A DNA stretch of 64,000 nucleotides, taken from contig CAYIWY010000003.1 in NCBI GenBank assembly GCA_964367355.1, positions 36,919 through 100,918 on the forward strand, written 5' to 3'. A program made the translations under genes and the position numbers. The stretch comes from an uncultured Gammaproteobacteria bacterium (GTDB lineage: Bacteria > Patescibacteriota > Microgenomatia > Woykebacterales > RBG-16-39-9b). The notes below the pieces were generated by a model. That model had not been told where the DNA came from. It saw only the letters and a program-made list of their open reading frames with translations, and made no database searches. Shown in pieces: positions 10,595 through 19,613 of this stretch (the first letter of the stretch is position 1; the number at the start of each line of letters is the position of its first letter).

Positions 10595-10687
10595 TTAAGC
10601 CTTAGCCTTAGCCATATTTTCTTGGTGTGTCGGGCTATTTATATTACCACATTTTTTGAAGTGCTTGTTTAATGATATAGCATTAGA
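10595..10687 (-). repeat. Displaced secA 3' end, copy B (FKKCGNINSPTHQENMAKAKA*), plus palindromic site
   Basis: 66 nt homologous to 13190-13255. Confidence 0.9.
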
Positions 10688-11094
10688 TTCTTAGCGAATT
10701 TATTTTTTACTTTATTTAAGAGTTTCTCGTCAGCAGTATAAAAGTCTATTCCTAGATATTCGGCGAGTGCCAAATAAGAAGCATCGTAGGAGGATATGTT
10801 AAACTCGACTGCTGCCTCTAGTGTGGAAATTAAAAGTTCAGAAGTTGAGTAACTTACTAAGTCAAGAGATAAAAAGCCTTTATAAGCTTGGTTTGCTAGG
10901 GTCTTTTCAACCCTTAAGGTAGTTATTGCTGTTTTTAATATGTTGTTTAGTTCGTAGTAAATTAAGGTTGGGACGCAAATTCTTAATTGGCCTTCAATAA
11001 AGTCTTTTTGGATTTGAAGAGCTGTTTCGGAATTTTCTTCAGAAGGGAAAAACCACTTGGCTACGACCGAAGAGTCAACAATGATAGTTTTCAC
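10669..11094 (-). CDS. VapC/PIN-domain toxin
   Basis: IVDSSVVAKW..E..YDASYLALA..TADEKL. Confidence 0.9.
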   Translation of the reverse strand: MKTIIVDSSVVAKWFFPSEENSETALQIQKDFIEGQLRICVPTLIYYELNNILKTAITTLRVEKTLANQAYKGFLSLDLVSYSTSELLISTLEAAVEFNISSYDASYLALAEYLGIDFYTADEKLLNKVKNKFAKNLMLYH

Positions 11095-11345
11095 CGTAGA
11101 TCTTTTTTAGAATTAGCGAGTAGCTCTCTTAGATCAAAATTACTTTCCTCTAGGCTACTTCTCAATCGGTTGATTGATTGTACTGCCTTTTTTTGGGAAT
11201 TAAGGTCTGTGACACGTTTCAATCCTGAAGCTAATGTATCATTAATCGTTTCTTGCAGAGTTGTGCTGCGTTCAAAGGCAATCGATCGAGACTGATCAAG
11301 AAGGTCTTTTCTAATTCTTATAGTAGTCCGTACGAAGTTTTTCAT
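11091..11345 (-). CDS. VapB-like (RHH) antitoxin
   Basis: VRTTIRI beta-strand; 4-nt overlap with vapC. Confidence 0.75.
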   Translation of the reverse strand: MKNFVRTTIRIRKDLLDQSRSIAFERSTTLQETINDTLASGLKRVTDLNSQKKAVQSINRLRSSLEESNFDLRELLANSKKDLR

Positions 11346-11358
11346 AACTAAAACCTAG

Positions 11359-11399
11359 CATCTTGTCATCAAGATGTCAATATATATATATATATATAT
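11359..11399 (-). promoter_or_regulatory. vapBC promoter with catcttg/caagatg operator and adjacent (AT)~10 microsatellite
   Basis: TTGACA on the minus strand at 11375-11380; inverted repeat 11359-11376; AT run 11380-11399. Confidence 0.55.
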
Positions 11400-11428
11400 T
11401 TTTAATGTCCTCGGTAACTTTGTAGATA

Positions 11429-11603
11429 CCACAAGGAGGTAATAAGTTATAGATCTCTTCGAGCTCTGCGTCCACTTTGTGGGCTAAAACACCCTGAAAT
11501 TAGTGGCGTTTTAGGCTTTAGCCTTGGCCAAATTTTCTTGATGTGTCGGGCTATTTATATTTCCACATTTTTTGAAGTGCTCTTTTAATGGGATACACAT
11601 AGA
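11429..11603 (-). repeat. Displaced secA 3' end, copy C (FKKCGNINSPTHQENLAKAKA*), with downstream UTR and degenerate palindromic site
   Basis: 11511-11576 matches 13190-13255; 11429-11510 matches 13116-13189. Confidence 0.9.
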
Positions 11604-11664
11604 TTCAATATATGATTAATAACAAAATGTTGCAACTTTTTAAGACGTATGATAATATGACGAT

Positions 11665-11727
11665 GGTTCTGAAAAGAACCCCATAATTTGCTAACTCCCC
11701 CCAGTTCTTTACGACCTGGGGGTTTTT
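11665..11727 (+). ncRNA. Putative ~60-nt small RNA upstream of the NYN gene
   Basis: TTGCAA-N17-TAATAT promoter, GGTTCT-GAAA-AGAACC hairpin, CCCCCAG/CTGGGGG stem plus T5 terminator. Confidence 0.5.
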
Positions 11728-11767
11728 GGTTGCTAAAAACTATTATCACTTATAGAATAGATAGGTT

Positions 11768-12307
11768 ATGAAAAAGGTCTTAGTACAATTTGACGGTAGT
11801 AATTTCTACAACAAGGTTAAAAAACTTTTGCCTTCTACTCATTTAACAAATTTTGATTACGCTGGTTTGGCCAAATCTATTATAGAAGATAAACAAGCAG
11901 AGATTACTTATTATGTTGGTGAGATAAGAAAATACCCAGGAAACAAAAAATCTCAAAGTCTTTATGCGAACCAACAGTCACTTTTCCTAAACTTAAGAAA
12001 GCAGGGACTTGAAGTAAAACTTGGCTACCTTTTGTTTTCTGGCGGAGTTTATCACGAAAAAGGTGTTGATGTTCAAATTGCGGTTGATATTGTTCGCGGA
12101 GCTATCAAAAATGAGTATGATAAATGCTACTTAATTTCCTCAGACACAGACCTTTTACCAGCTATTCAAACTGCTAAAGATGAGGGCAAACAGATTATTT
12201 ATGTTGGATTTGAGAATTTTATCAGCCGAGCACTTGCTAATAATTGTTCGTCTAGCGTAATTCTTAAAAAGAAGCAGATTCAGGTTTTTTCTGAAAAAGT
12301 TGAATAA
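11768..12307 (+). CDS. NYN domain (PIN-like, LabA/DUF88) protein
   Basis: FDGSNF, EKGVDVQIAVD, LISSDTDLLP motifs. Confidence 0.9.
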   Translation: MKKVLVQFDGSNFYNKVKKLLPSTHLTNFDYAGLAKSIIEDKQAEITYYVGEIRKYPGNKKSQSLYANQQSLFLNLRKQGLEVKLGYLLFSGGVYHEKGVDVQIAVDIVRGAIKNEYDKCYLISSDTDLLPAIQTAKDEGKQIIYVGFENFISRALANNCSSSVILKKKQIQVFSEKVE

Positions 12308-12363
12308 ATAAAAATCCCCTTTACACCCCCCCCCGTTTCTTTTGCTACCACCAAAATGCTAAA

Positions 12364-13071
12364 ATGGCAGCTATGGTTACAGGTGAATACCAACTTAAAC
12401 AAAAAGAACTTTTTGATAATTTGGAGGCGAAGCTCAAAAAAGGTGAGAGCTCTGTTACACTAGTTGAACCAGTTAAAGACTACGTCAACGACAGGAGAAC
12501 CTGTTTAACAAGTGTCGTTTTTATCCCGACAGAACTTCAAGAGAAAATATTAGATAAGGTTATTAGCCCTCTTAAAGAAGCGGATACTAGGCAATACTAT
12601 TACGTTCCAAACTCTTTTCATTTAACAATTCAAAACATAAAAACAATCAACGAGCCGCCTTCTTTTAATGAAAATGATATTGAACTAGCAAGGGAAGTAT
12701 TTCAGGAGGTAATTTCCAAGTTTAAATCTATTAATTTTCAAATAGCAGGGATTTTTGAACTTCCCACTAGTTTATCCCTACGTGCGTATTCTGACGAAAC
12801 ACTAAAAGATTTGGCTTTAGCTTTAAGAAAAAAGTTGAAAGAAGCTGGTGTGCCTGATAACAAAACATATGCTTCAGAGGAGGTAGTGTTCGGTAATATC
12901 AGTATTTCTAGATATACTTCTGATCCTAATCAGGCTTTCTTTGAGCAAGTGGAACAATTAAAGAACGTTGAGATAGGGGTTTTAAAAGCCTTTACGGTTT
13001 CTTTAATCACAACTAATTCTATTTGCCACCCAGATAAAACGAAAATTATTGAGAAATTCAATTTGCAATAG
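12364..13071 (+). CDS. 2H phosphoesterase (2'-5' RNA ligase-like) family protein
   Basis: FHLTI HxT motif; second motif degenerate (NIS); true start may be 12373. Confidence 0.55.
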   Translation: MAAMVTGEYQLKQKELFDNLEAKLKKGESSVTLVEPVKDYVNDRRTCLTSVVFIPTELQEKILDKVISPLKEADTRQYYYVPNSFHLTIQNIKTINEPPSFNENDIELAREVFQEVISKFKSINFQIAGIFELPTSLSLRAYSDETLKDLALALRKKLKEAGVPDNKTYASEEVVFGNISISRYTSDPNQAFFEQVEQLKNVEIGVLKAFTVSLITTNSICHPDKTKIIEKFNLQ

Positions 13072-13189
13072 CTTTGAAGCCAAAAACTTGATATTTGAGT
13101 AAAAAATTTGAGACTCCACATGGAGGTCATAAGTTATAGATCGCTTCGCGCCCTGCGACCACTGGTAGTTTAGAGAAATCAGTGGCGTT

Positions 13190-15898
13190 TTAGGCTTTAG
13201 CCTTGGCCATATTTTCTTGATGTGTCGGGCTATTTATTAAACCACAACGTTTATACTTTAGACCACTACCGCACGGACAAGGGTCGTTGCGGCCGATTTT
13301 GTCGTCAGTGCGAACTACACGAGTTACGGTTGGGGCGGAAGTTGACGAGCTCGATGTGGTGGTGTGTTGGTGGCCCTCGTGACCTTTTTGCTGTTCTTGA
13401 GGAGCGATTTGAACTTTATAAATTCGGTGGGCGATTTCAAAATCAATATTGTGAATCAACTCTTCAAAAAGCTTGAAAGCCTCGGCTTTGTACTCGACTA
13501 GTGGATCCTTGCCGGCATAACCGCGCAGGCCGACCCCTTCACGAAGTTCATCAACATCGTCAAGATGGTTGACCCAAAGAGTATCGATCACGGAAATCAT
13601 AACCAGTTTTTCGATTTCACGTTCTATTTCTGATCCTACTTGTTTTTCTCTTCCGTCAAAAACTTCATGGGCGATGTTTGTTAACGACTCTTTTATTTTG
13701 GTCGGGAATTTTTCTTCTTTAATTTTTTCAGCTAAAGACTTTTTGGTTGGTTCGTCAAAGGGAATAATAGTTACAAATTCATTTAAAATTCTTTCTTCCT
13801 CGACTGTTTCAGCTTCACCGGTTGCAAGATCAACTAAGCTTTCTATTTCAACATCAATTTTTTCCAGGATTCTTTCTTTTAGTTCTTTTTGAGCCTCTAC
13901 TTTATTTTCGTTTTGACGATCCCCAAGTTTCAGAATTTCGCGGCGCATTGAGTAGATTATTTCTCGTTGCTTATTCATTACATCGTCATATTCGACAACT
14001 CGTTTTCGAGCGTCGAAGTTTTGGCCCTCGACTCGGGACTGGGCTGATTCAATCGCTTTGCTCACAAGGCCTGCTTCGATCGGAACCTCGTCAGGCAATT
14101 TGAAAGCGTTCATGACTCGCTCGACAGCGTCTCCACCGAAAAGTCGCATCACATCATCTTGCAAAGAAACAAAGAAACGAGTTGAACCAGGATCACCTTG
14201 TCTTCCGGAACGACCACGAAGTTGGTTGTCGATTCGACGAGCCTCGTGTCTTTCGCTTCCAATAACGTGCAAGCCTCCAAGTTTGGCAACACCTTTGCCA
14301 AGTTTGATATCGACTCCACGTCCGGCGATATTGGTTGCTAGTGTAACTGCCCCTTCTTGTCCGGCAGCAGCAATAATTTGTGCTTCATGTTCATGATTTT
14401 TGGCGTTCAAAAGTTCAAACGGAACACCCCTTCGTTTTAGAAGATCACCAAGTAGTTCATTTTTTTCGATTGAAGTTGTTCCAACCAAAACTGGTTGTCC
14501 TATTTTATGCTTCCCGGCAATATCTTCAATAATCGCGCTGTACTTACCCTTTTCGTTTTTGTAGACCAGATCAGAAAGATCCTCTCTGATCGTGGGTCTA
14601 TTGGTTGGAATTACAACAGCATCAAGTTTGTAAACTTTATGAAATTCTTCAGCTGAGGTAACCGCAGTTCCGGTCATCCCGGCTAATTTATTGTACAGTC
14701 GGAAATAATTTTGGAAAGAAACTGTTGCCATGGTTTGACTTTCACGTTGAATCTCGACCCCTTCTTTGGCTTCGATTGCTTGGTGCAGGCCTTCGCTGTA
14801 ACGGCGGCCGGGCATTAGTCGGCCGGTAAACTCGTCAACGATGATGACCTCACCTTCTTTAACAACATAGTCTCGATCTTTGAAAAAAAGAGTTCGGGCT
14901 TTGAGCGCTTCTTCAATGTGATGGACGCTGTCAAAATCTTTTTCATATAAATTATCGACTCCGGTCATGCGTTCGATTTTGGAAATTCCAATTTCAGTTA
15001 AATTGGCAGTTTTCATTTTTTCGTCAACTACGTAATCAGTCTTGTCGGTCAATTTGTCGATGATTTTGGCAAACTCGTAGTATTTTTCAGTTGATTCCTC
15101 AGCGGCTTGGGAAATAATTAACGGTGTTCTGGCTTCATCGATCAAGATCGAATCGACTTCGTCAACAATCGCAAAATTCAAATCTCGCTGGACCATATTG
15201 TGTAGATCTTGGGCCATATTGTCGCGGAGATAGTCAAAACCGTACTCATTGTTGGTGCCATAAGTAATATCAGCTAGATAAGCCTGATTGCGGTTAACTT
15301 CTCTCAAAAATTTTCCGACACCTAAGCCTTCTTGCTCCGGGGAAAGTGATTCTTCCGGATCCATCTTCACCTCGACTTCCTCAGTTGCGGGTGTCTTTGG
15401 GTCAGGATCAAAAACGTAGGATACTTCATGGTTGATTACTCCAACTGAAACTCCCAGTGCGTGAAATATCGGTCCCATCCACTCAGCATCACGTTTTGCC
15501 AGATAATCATTTACAGTAACTAAATGAACACCTTTGCCTTCAAGTGCATTTAGATAGAGGGGGAGAGTAGCAACTAAAGTTTTTCCTTCTCCGGTACGCA
15601 TTTCCGTAATTTTTCCTTGGTGAAGCATTATCCCACCCATGAGCTGAACGTCGAAATGACGTTGTCCGATGCTGCGACGGGCAGCTTCCCGAACTGCCGC
15701 AAAAGCTTCTGGAAGTAGTTCATTAAGTGTTTCACCATCGCTTAAACGTTTTTTAAATTCGCCTGTTACAGCCTTTAATTTTGAATTTGAGAGTTTTTTA
15801 AAATCAGCTTCGTGGGAGTTAGTTAGCTCAACAAAAGCTTTTAGTTTTTTAATTTCACGTTCGTTTGAATCTAGTAAATTTCCAAGTATTTTGAACAT
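13190..15898 (-). CDS. secA: Preprotein translocase subunit SecA
   Basis: MRTGEGKT, VDEVDSILIDEARTP, QLRGRSGRQGDPG, C-terminal GRNDPCPCGSG. Confidence 0.99.
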   Translation of the reverse strand: MFKILGNLLDSNEREIKKLKAFVELTNSHEADFKKLSNSKLKAVTGEFKKRLSDGETLNELLPEAFAAVREAARRSIGQRHFDVQLMGGIMLHQGKITEMRTGEGKTLVATLPLYLNALEGKGVHLVTVNDYLAKRDAEWMGPIFHALGVSVGVINHEVSYVFDPDPKTPATEEVEVKMDPEESLSPEQEGLGVGKFLREVNRNQAYLADITYGTNNEYGFDYLRDNMAQDLHNMVQRDLNFAIVDEVDSILIDEARTPLIISQAAEESTEKYYEFAKIIDKLTDKTDYVVDEKMKTANLTEIGISKIERMTGVDNLYEKDFDSVHHIEEALKARTLFFKDRDYVVKEGEVIIVDEFTGRLMPGRRYSEGLHQAIEAKEGVEIQRESQTMATVSFQNYFRLYNKLAGMTGTAVTSAEEFHKVYKLDAVVIPTNRPTIREDLSDLVYKNEKGKYSAIIEDIAGKHKIGQPVLVGTTSIEKNELLGDLLKRRGVPFELLNAKNHEHEAQIIAAAGQEGAVTLATNIAGRGVDIKLGKGVAKLGGLHVIGSERHEARRIDNQLRGRSGRQGDPGSTRFFVSLQDDVMRLFGGDAVERVMNAFKLPDEVPIEAGLVSKAIESAQSRVEGQNFDARKRVVEYDDVMNKQREIIYSMRREILKLGDRQNENKVEAQKELKERILEKIDVEIESLVDLATGEAETVEEERILNEFVTIIPFDEPTKKSLAEKIKEEKFPTKIKESLTNIAHEVFDGREKQVGSEIEREIEKLVMISVIDTLWVNHLDDVDELREGVGLRGYAGKDPLVEYKAEAFKLFEELIHNIDFEIAHRIYKVQIAPQEQQKGHEGHQHTTTSSSSTSAPTVTRVVRTDDKIGRNDPCPCGSGLKYKRCGLINSPTHQENMAKAKA

Positions 15899-16000
15899 AA
15901 TTTTTCAAAGCAGCGCCTAGTATAACATTGGTGAGAAAAAAAGGCTAGAGTACTCTAAACGAGGTTCAAAATCAATAGTTGACAAAAAATTTCAATTAGC

Positions 16001-16075
16001 TACTTTGCGAAGCAATGTGAGTGAAGTGATACTTTGCGAAGCAATGTGAGTGAAGTGATACTTTGCGAAGCAATG
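16001..16075. repeat. 29-bp tandem repeat, 2.6 copies (tactttgcgaagcaatgtgagtgaagtga)
   Basis: Identical units starting at 16001, 16030 and 16059. Confidence 0.9.
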
Positions 16076-16136
16076 AAACGATTCAGCTCTTGACAAAAAA
16101 TCTCTATCGTTTATTATCTTCTCGGGTGTTACCCTA

Positions 16137-16170
16137 ACCCCGACTCTGCAAAGAGCCGGGGTCTTTTTTT
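16137..16170 (+). terminator. Intrinsic terminator
   Basis: accccgactct-gcaa-agagccggggt stem followed by a T tract. Confidence 0.75.
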
Positions 16171-16185
16171 CCTTTGACAAAATTC

Positions 16186-16198
16186 TACCCCAGGGGTA
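16186..16198. repeat. REP-like palindrome left of the RAYT gene
   Basis: taccccaggggta. Confidence 0.7.
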
Positions 16199-16211
16199 TC
16201 CTGTCTATAGG

Positions 16212-16784
16212 ATGAGCACCCCTATTAGACATTTTCAACAAAATAGTTACTATCACGTTTTTAATAGAGGTAACCACAAAAGTGACATTTTTCTCAATCC
16301 GTACGATTATTTACGGTTTCTTGAAAAAATTGAAGAATATAAGGATAAATGTCAGATAAAAGTTTTGTGTTTCTGTTTAATGCCGAATCATTTTCATTTA
16401 CTTTTGCAACAACTCAGTGACATACCGTTGACTAAATTTATGCTTTCTCTATCAACAAGTTATTCAAAGTACTTCAATATTAAATATGACCAGGTTGGGA
16501 GACTGTTTCAGGAAAGATTTAGAGCGGTTGAAGTCACTACTGATGAATATTTGTTGTATCTTACAAAATATATTCATCTTAACCCAACTAAACTTAAAGT
16601 TGATATTACAAAATATAAATGGTCCAGTTTAAATAATTACATTGATTATAGCGAATGGGATTTTGTTGAACCTGAACCTATTCTCAACTATTTTTCACAA
16701 ATAAATCCGAAAAAAGATTATTTGAATTTTGTGTTGGAAAATATATCAAATGTTGTTGGAGTTGAGAAGTTGTTAATCGATTAG
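16212..16784 (+). mobile_element. REP-associated tyrosine transposase (RAYT, IS200/Y1 HUH superfamily)
   Basis: YHVFNRG, LMPNHFHLL (HUH), GRLFQERF, YIHLNP, YKWSS. Confidence 0.9.
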
Positions 16785-16798
16785 TCTTATAATGTTGC

Positions 16799-16810
16799 TA
16801 CCCCTGGGGT
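16799..16810. repeat. REP-like palindrome right of the RAYT gene
   Basis: tacccctggggt. Confidence 0.7.
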
Positions 16811-16866
16811 TGAGCGGGATGTTGTTGGGCTTTGACACAACCTTTCAGTTTAAGTAATCTTATAGA

Positions 16867-17583
16867 GTGAAAATAGTAATTATTATCCCCACCTATTGCG
16901 AAGCAGCCAATATTATCAAATTAATTCCCGCCATCAAAAAACAAAAATCTTTGAATATGTATGAACCAGAACTTTTGGTTGTTGATGACAATAGCCCTGA
17001 CAAAACAGCCGATATAGTCCGAAATTTTATGAAAACAGATGAAAGAATCCATTTACTTACGGGAAACAAAATGGGTTTGGGAGCAGCTTATATTCGGGGG
17101 ATGAAGTATGCGATTGAGAAACTTGCAGCTGAAGTTGTGGTCGAAACTGACGCCGATTTTTCTCACGATCCGGGCGATATTTCGAGATTAATAAGTGAAA
17201 TTGAAAAAGGAGCTACTTTTGTTATTGGCAGTCGCTATATCGAGGGTGGAAAAATCAAAAATTGGTCGTTTTTTCGCCATTGGCTGAGTGGTTTGGGAAA
17301 TATAGTTGTTCGCAAAGCTTTGGGGTTACAAGAAGTTCAAGATTGTACCGCCGGGTTTCGGGCAATAAAAACTGATTTGATCAAAAAAGTTAATCTTGAT
17401 TCAATCAAAGCCAATGGTTACGCTTTTCAAGTTTGGTTGCTTTACAGTGCCTGCAAAGTGGGTGCCAAAATTAAAGAAGTTCCAGTAGAATTTGTCGATC
17501 GGCAGGTCGGGAAGACGAAACTTGGGTTTTGGGATATAATTGAAGGAATTATTATTTTGTTCAAGTTAAGAACAATAAAGTAA
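16867..17583 (+). CDS. GT2 polyprenol-monophosphomannose synthase-like glycosyltransferase
   Basis: IIPTY.E, VVDDNSPD, DADFSHDP, GSRY, DCTAGFRA. Confidence 0.9.
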   Translation: MKIVIIIPTYCEAANIIKLIPAIKKQKSLNMYEPELLVVDDNSPDKTADIVRNFMKTDERIHLLTGNKMGLGAAYIRGMKYAIEKLAAEVVVETDADFSHDPGDISRLISEIEKGATFVIGSRYIEGGKIKNWSFFRHWLSGLGNIVVRKALGLQEVQDCTAGFRAIKTDLIKKVNLDSIKANGYAFQVWLLYSACKVGAKIKEVPVEFVDRQVGKTKLGFWDIIEGIIILFKLRTIK

Positions 17584-17627
17584 CGCAATATATGGCAAGA
17601 TTCGGTAACATTTGGTAATATGTTGGT

Positions 17628-18614
17628 ATGAAGATCCCTCCTTCGTATACAGTTACTCCAGAAATGCTGGGGTTTATTGCCAAAATTGAAGCTGAGCGAT
17701 TGCATATTGCATCCCTTACCCTCCCAAAACCTCTAAAAGAAAAAATCCAAAGAGTTAGCCTTTTAAAAAGCTCTCTTTTTTCAGCTCGTATTGAAGGAAA
17801 CCCACTTAAACTTGCAGATGTTGACACAGGAAATAAAAAATCCCAAAAGAAAATAGAAGTATTCAATATCACAAAAGCAATAAGGTTTATAGATGGTCAT
17901 GTAAGAAAAGGTGATCTAAAGATTGATACTCTTTTACAGATTCACATGCTGGTTCTCAAAAATCTAAGTCCTGGTGCCGGTCACATAAGAGCCACGGCAA
18001 GTGCGATTTTCAACCAGGCTGGTGTTGCCGTTTACATGCCACCGCCACCTCGTTCTATTTCAAAGTTGCTAGACGATTTACTCTTCTTTGTTAACTCGGA
18101 TACGGAAAAGTTTCCTCTTATAGCCGCTTTTGTTGCTCATCTTGTCTTTGAAAAAATCCACCCTTTTTTAGACGGAAACGGGAGAGTAGGTAGGCTTCTT
18201 ATTTCCTCAATACTAAAATCCCGCGGTTGGGATTTTACTTTCTCCGTACCATTCGAAGAATATCTAGATAACCACAAAGATGATTACTATTTTCACTTGG
18301 ACAAGGGGCAAGTTGATACTAATGATTATTTGCTTTTTATGCTTGAGGCTTTCTGGCAACAAACTCAAACTATAAAAGCTCAAATCGAAGAAGAATTAGC
18401 TCGTGGCGACAAAGTGTTTTTACCTCCAAGGCAGGAGGAGATATACAATGTAATACGCGATCATAAAGTTGTTCCTTTTGATATGATAAGGCGTAGGTTT
18501 GTTAAGGTACCAGAAAGGACGTTGCGATACGATTTAAAGAAACTTTTAGATAGAGAGCTTATTGAAAAAAGCGGAGAAACAAGAGGGCGGTTTTACCGAG
18601 TTAAGAACAAATAG
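17628..18614 (+). CDS. Fic family protein with C-terminal HTH
   Basis: HPFLDGNGRVGR Fic motif; SARIEGN inhibitory motif. Confidence 0.92.
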   Translation: MKIPPSYTVTPEMLGFIAKIEAERLHIASLTLPKPLKEKIQRVSLLKSSLFSARIEGNPLKLADVDTGNKKSQKKIEVFNITKAIRFIDGHVRKGDLKIDTLLQIHMLVLKNLSPGAGHIRATASAIFNQAGVAVYMPPPPRSISKLLDDLLFFVNSDTEKFPLIAAFVAHLVFEKIHPFLDGNGRVGRLLISSILKSRGWDFTFSVPFEEYLDNHKDDYYFHLDKGQVDTNDYLLFMLEAFWQQTQTIKAQIEEELARGDKVFLPPRQEEIYNVIRDHKVVPFDMIRRRFVKVPERTLRYDLKKLLDRELIEKSGETRGRFYRVKNK

Positions 18615-18647
18615 TTGTACAAAACTTACCTTATTTTTCCAGTTAAT

Positions 18648-18697
18648 ATATAATTGAGGGAATTATTATTTTGATTAAATTAAGAATTTATGTCTAA
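18648..18697 (+). repeat. Displaced GT2 3' end (IIEGIIILIKLRIYV*) overlapping the galE start
   Basis: Homologous to 17534-17583 (IIEGIIILFKLRTIK*). Confidence 0.8.
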
Positions 18698-19613
18698 AGT
18701 AATTGTTGCCGGAGGAGCTGGGTTTCTCGGCTCTCACATAAATAAAGTACTACTTGATCAAGGTCACCAAGTTCGTGTTATAGACAATTTATCGACTGGT
18801 TTTAAAGAAAACATCGATCCACGTGCCGAATTTGTTCAAGTGGATTTGGCCTCTCAAGATGAATTAGCAAAATCACTTTCAGGATTTGAGGCTGTAATTC
18901 ATTTAGCCAATTCAATCATCGTCCCGGAGTCAGTTGAAAAACCGGTAGAATATGCAGAGAACAATGTAGTTAACAGCGTAAAATTGCTTGAAGCGATGAA
19001 GGAAGCTGGAGTTAGAAAGATAATTTTTTCCTCTTCGGCAACAGTTTACGGAGACAGCGGAAAACTGCCGTTGACTGAAAGTAGCCCACTTGGAGTTCAA
19101 AACAATCAATATGGAGCTTCCAAAGTTGCCATGGAAGCTTTTATTGGGGTTTATCACAAGCTCTACAATTTCGACACAATTATTTTGCGTTATTTCAATC
19201 CATTTGGACCAAATGAAAAACACGAGCCGGAAACTCACGCAATTCCAAATTTTATTCAGGCAGCCTTAAAGAAAGAAGAAATCCCACTTTACTGGAAAGG
19301 CGAGCAAGTCCGCGATTTTATTTATGCTCCAGATTTGGCCGAAGCTCACTCGGCTGTTTTGGACCTGAAAGGTTTACAAATATTTAATGTCGGAACGGAG
19401 ACTGGAACAAAAGTTATTGATACAGTTCACGAAATCTTCAAAATAGTCGGTTACGAGGTTCCAATCAAAGATTTAGGGGAAAGAGCTGGGGACGCTGCTG
19501 CAACTTACGCTAGTTCAGAGAAACTGATGTCGACTACTGGTTGGAAGGCAAAACACTCACTTCACGACGGGTTAGTTAAAACTATCGAATATTTCAAAAA
19601 CCAAAATGATTAA
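18690..19613 (+). CDS. galE: UDP-glucose 4-epimerase-like NAD-dependent epimerase
   Basis: GGAGFLGSH, FSSSATVYG, YGASK, LRYFNP. Confidence 0.8.
   Translation: MSKVIVAGGAGFLGSHINKVLLDQGHQVRVIDNLSTGFKENIDPRAEFVQVDLASQDELAKSLSGFEAVIHLANSIIVPESVEKPVEYAENNVVNSVKLLEAMKEAGVRKIIFSSSATVYGDSGKLPLTESSPLGVQNNQYGASKVAMEAFIGVYHKLYNFDTIILRYFNPFGPNEKHEPETHAIPNFIQAALKKEEIPLYWKGEQVRDFIYAPDLAEAHSAVLDLKGLQIFNVGTETGTKVIDTVHEIFKIVGYEVPIKDLGERAGDAAATYASSEKLMSTTGWKAKHSLHDGLVKTIEYFKNQND

Noticed and set aside
12326-12334. Poly-C9 as a phase-variable promoter spacer
   Set aside because: The best -10 box (TGcTAAAAT) lies further downstream and the spacing does not fit.
16001-16075. Possible mini-CRISPR array
   Set aside because: Units are contiguous and identical with no unique spacers, and there are no cas genes; it is a simple tandem repeat.
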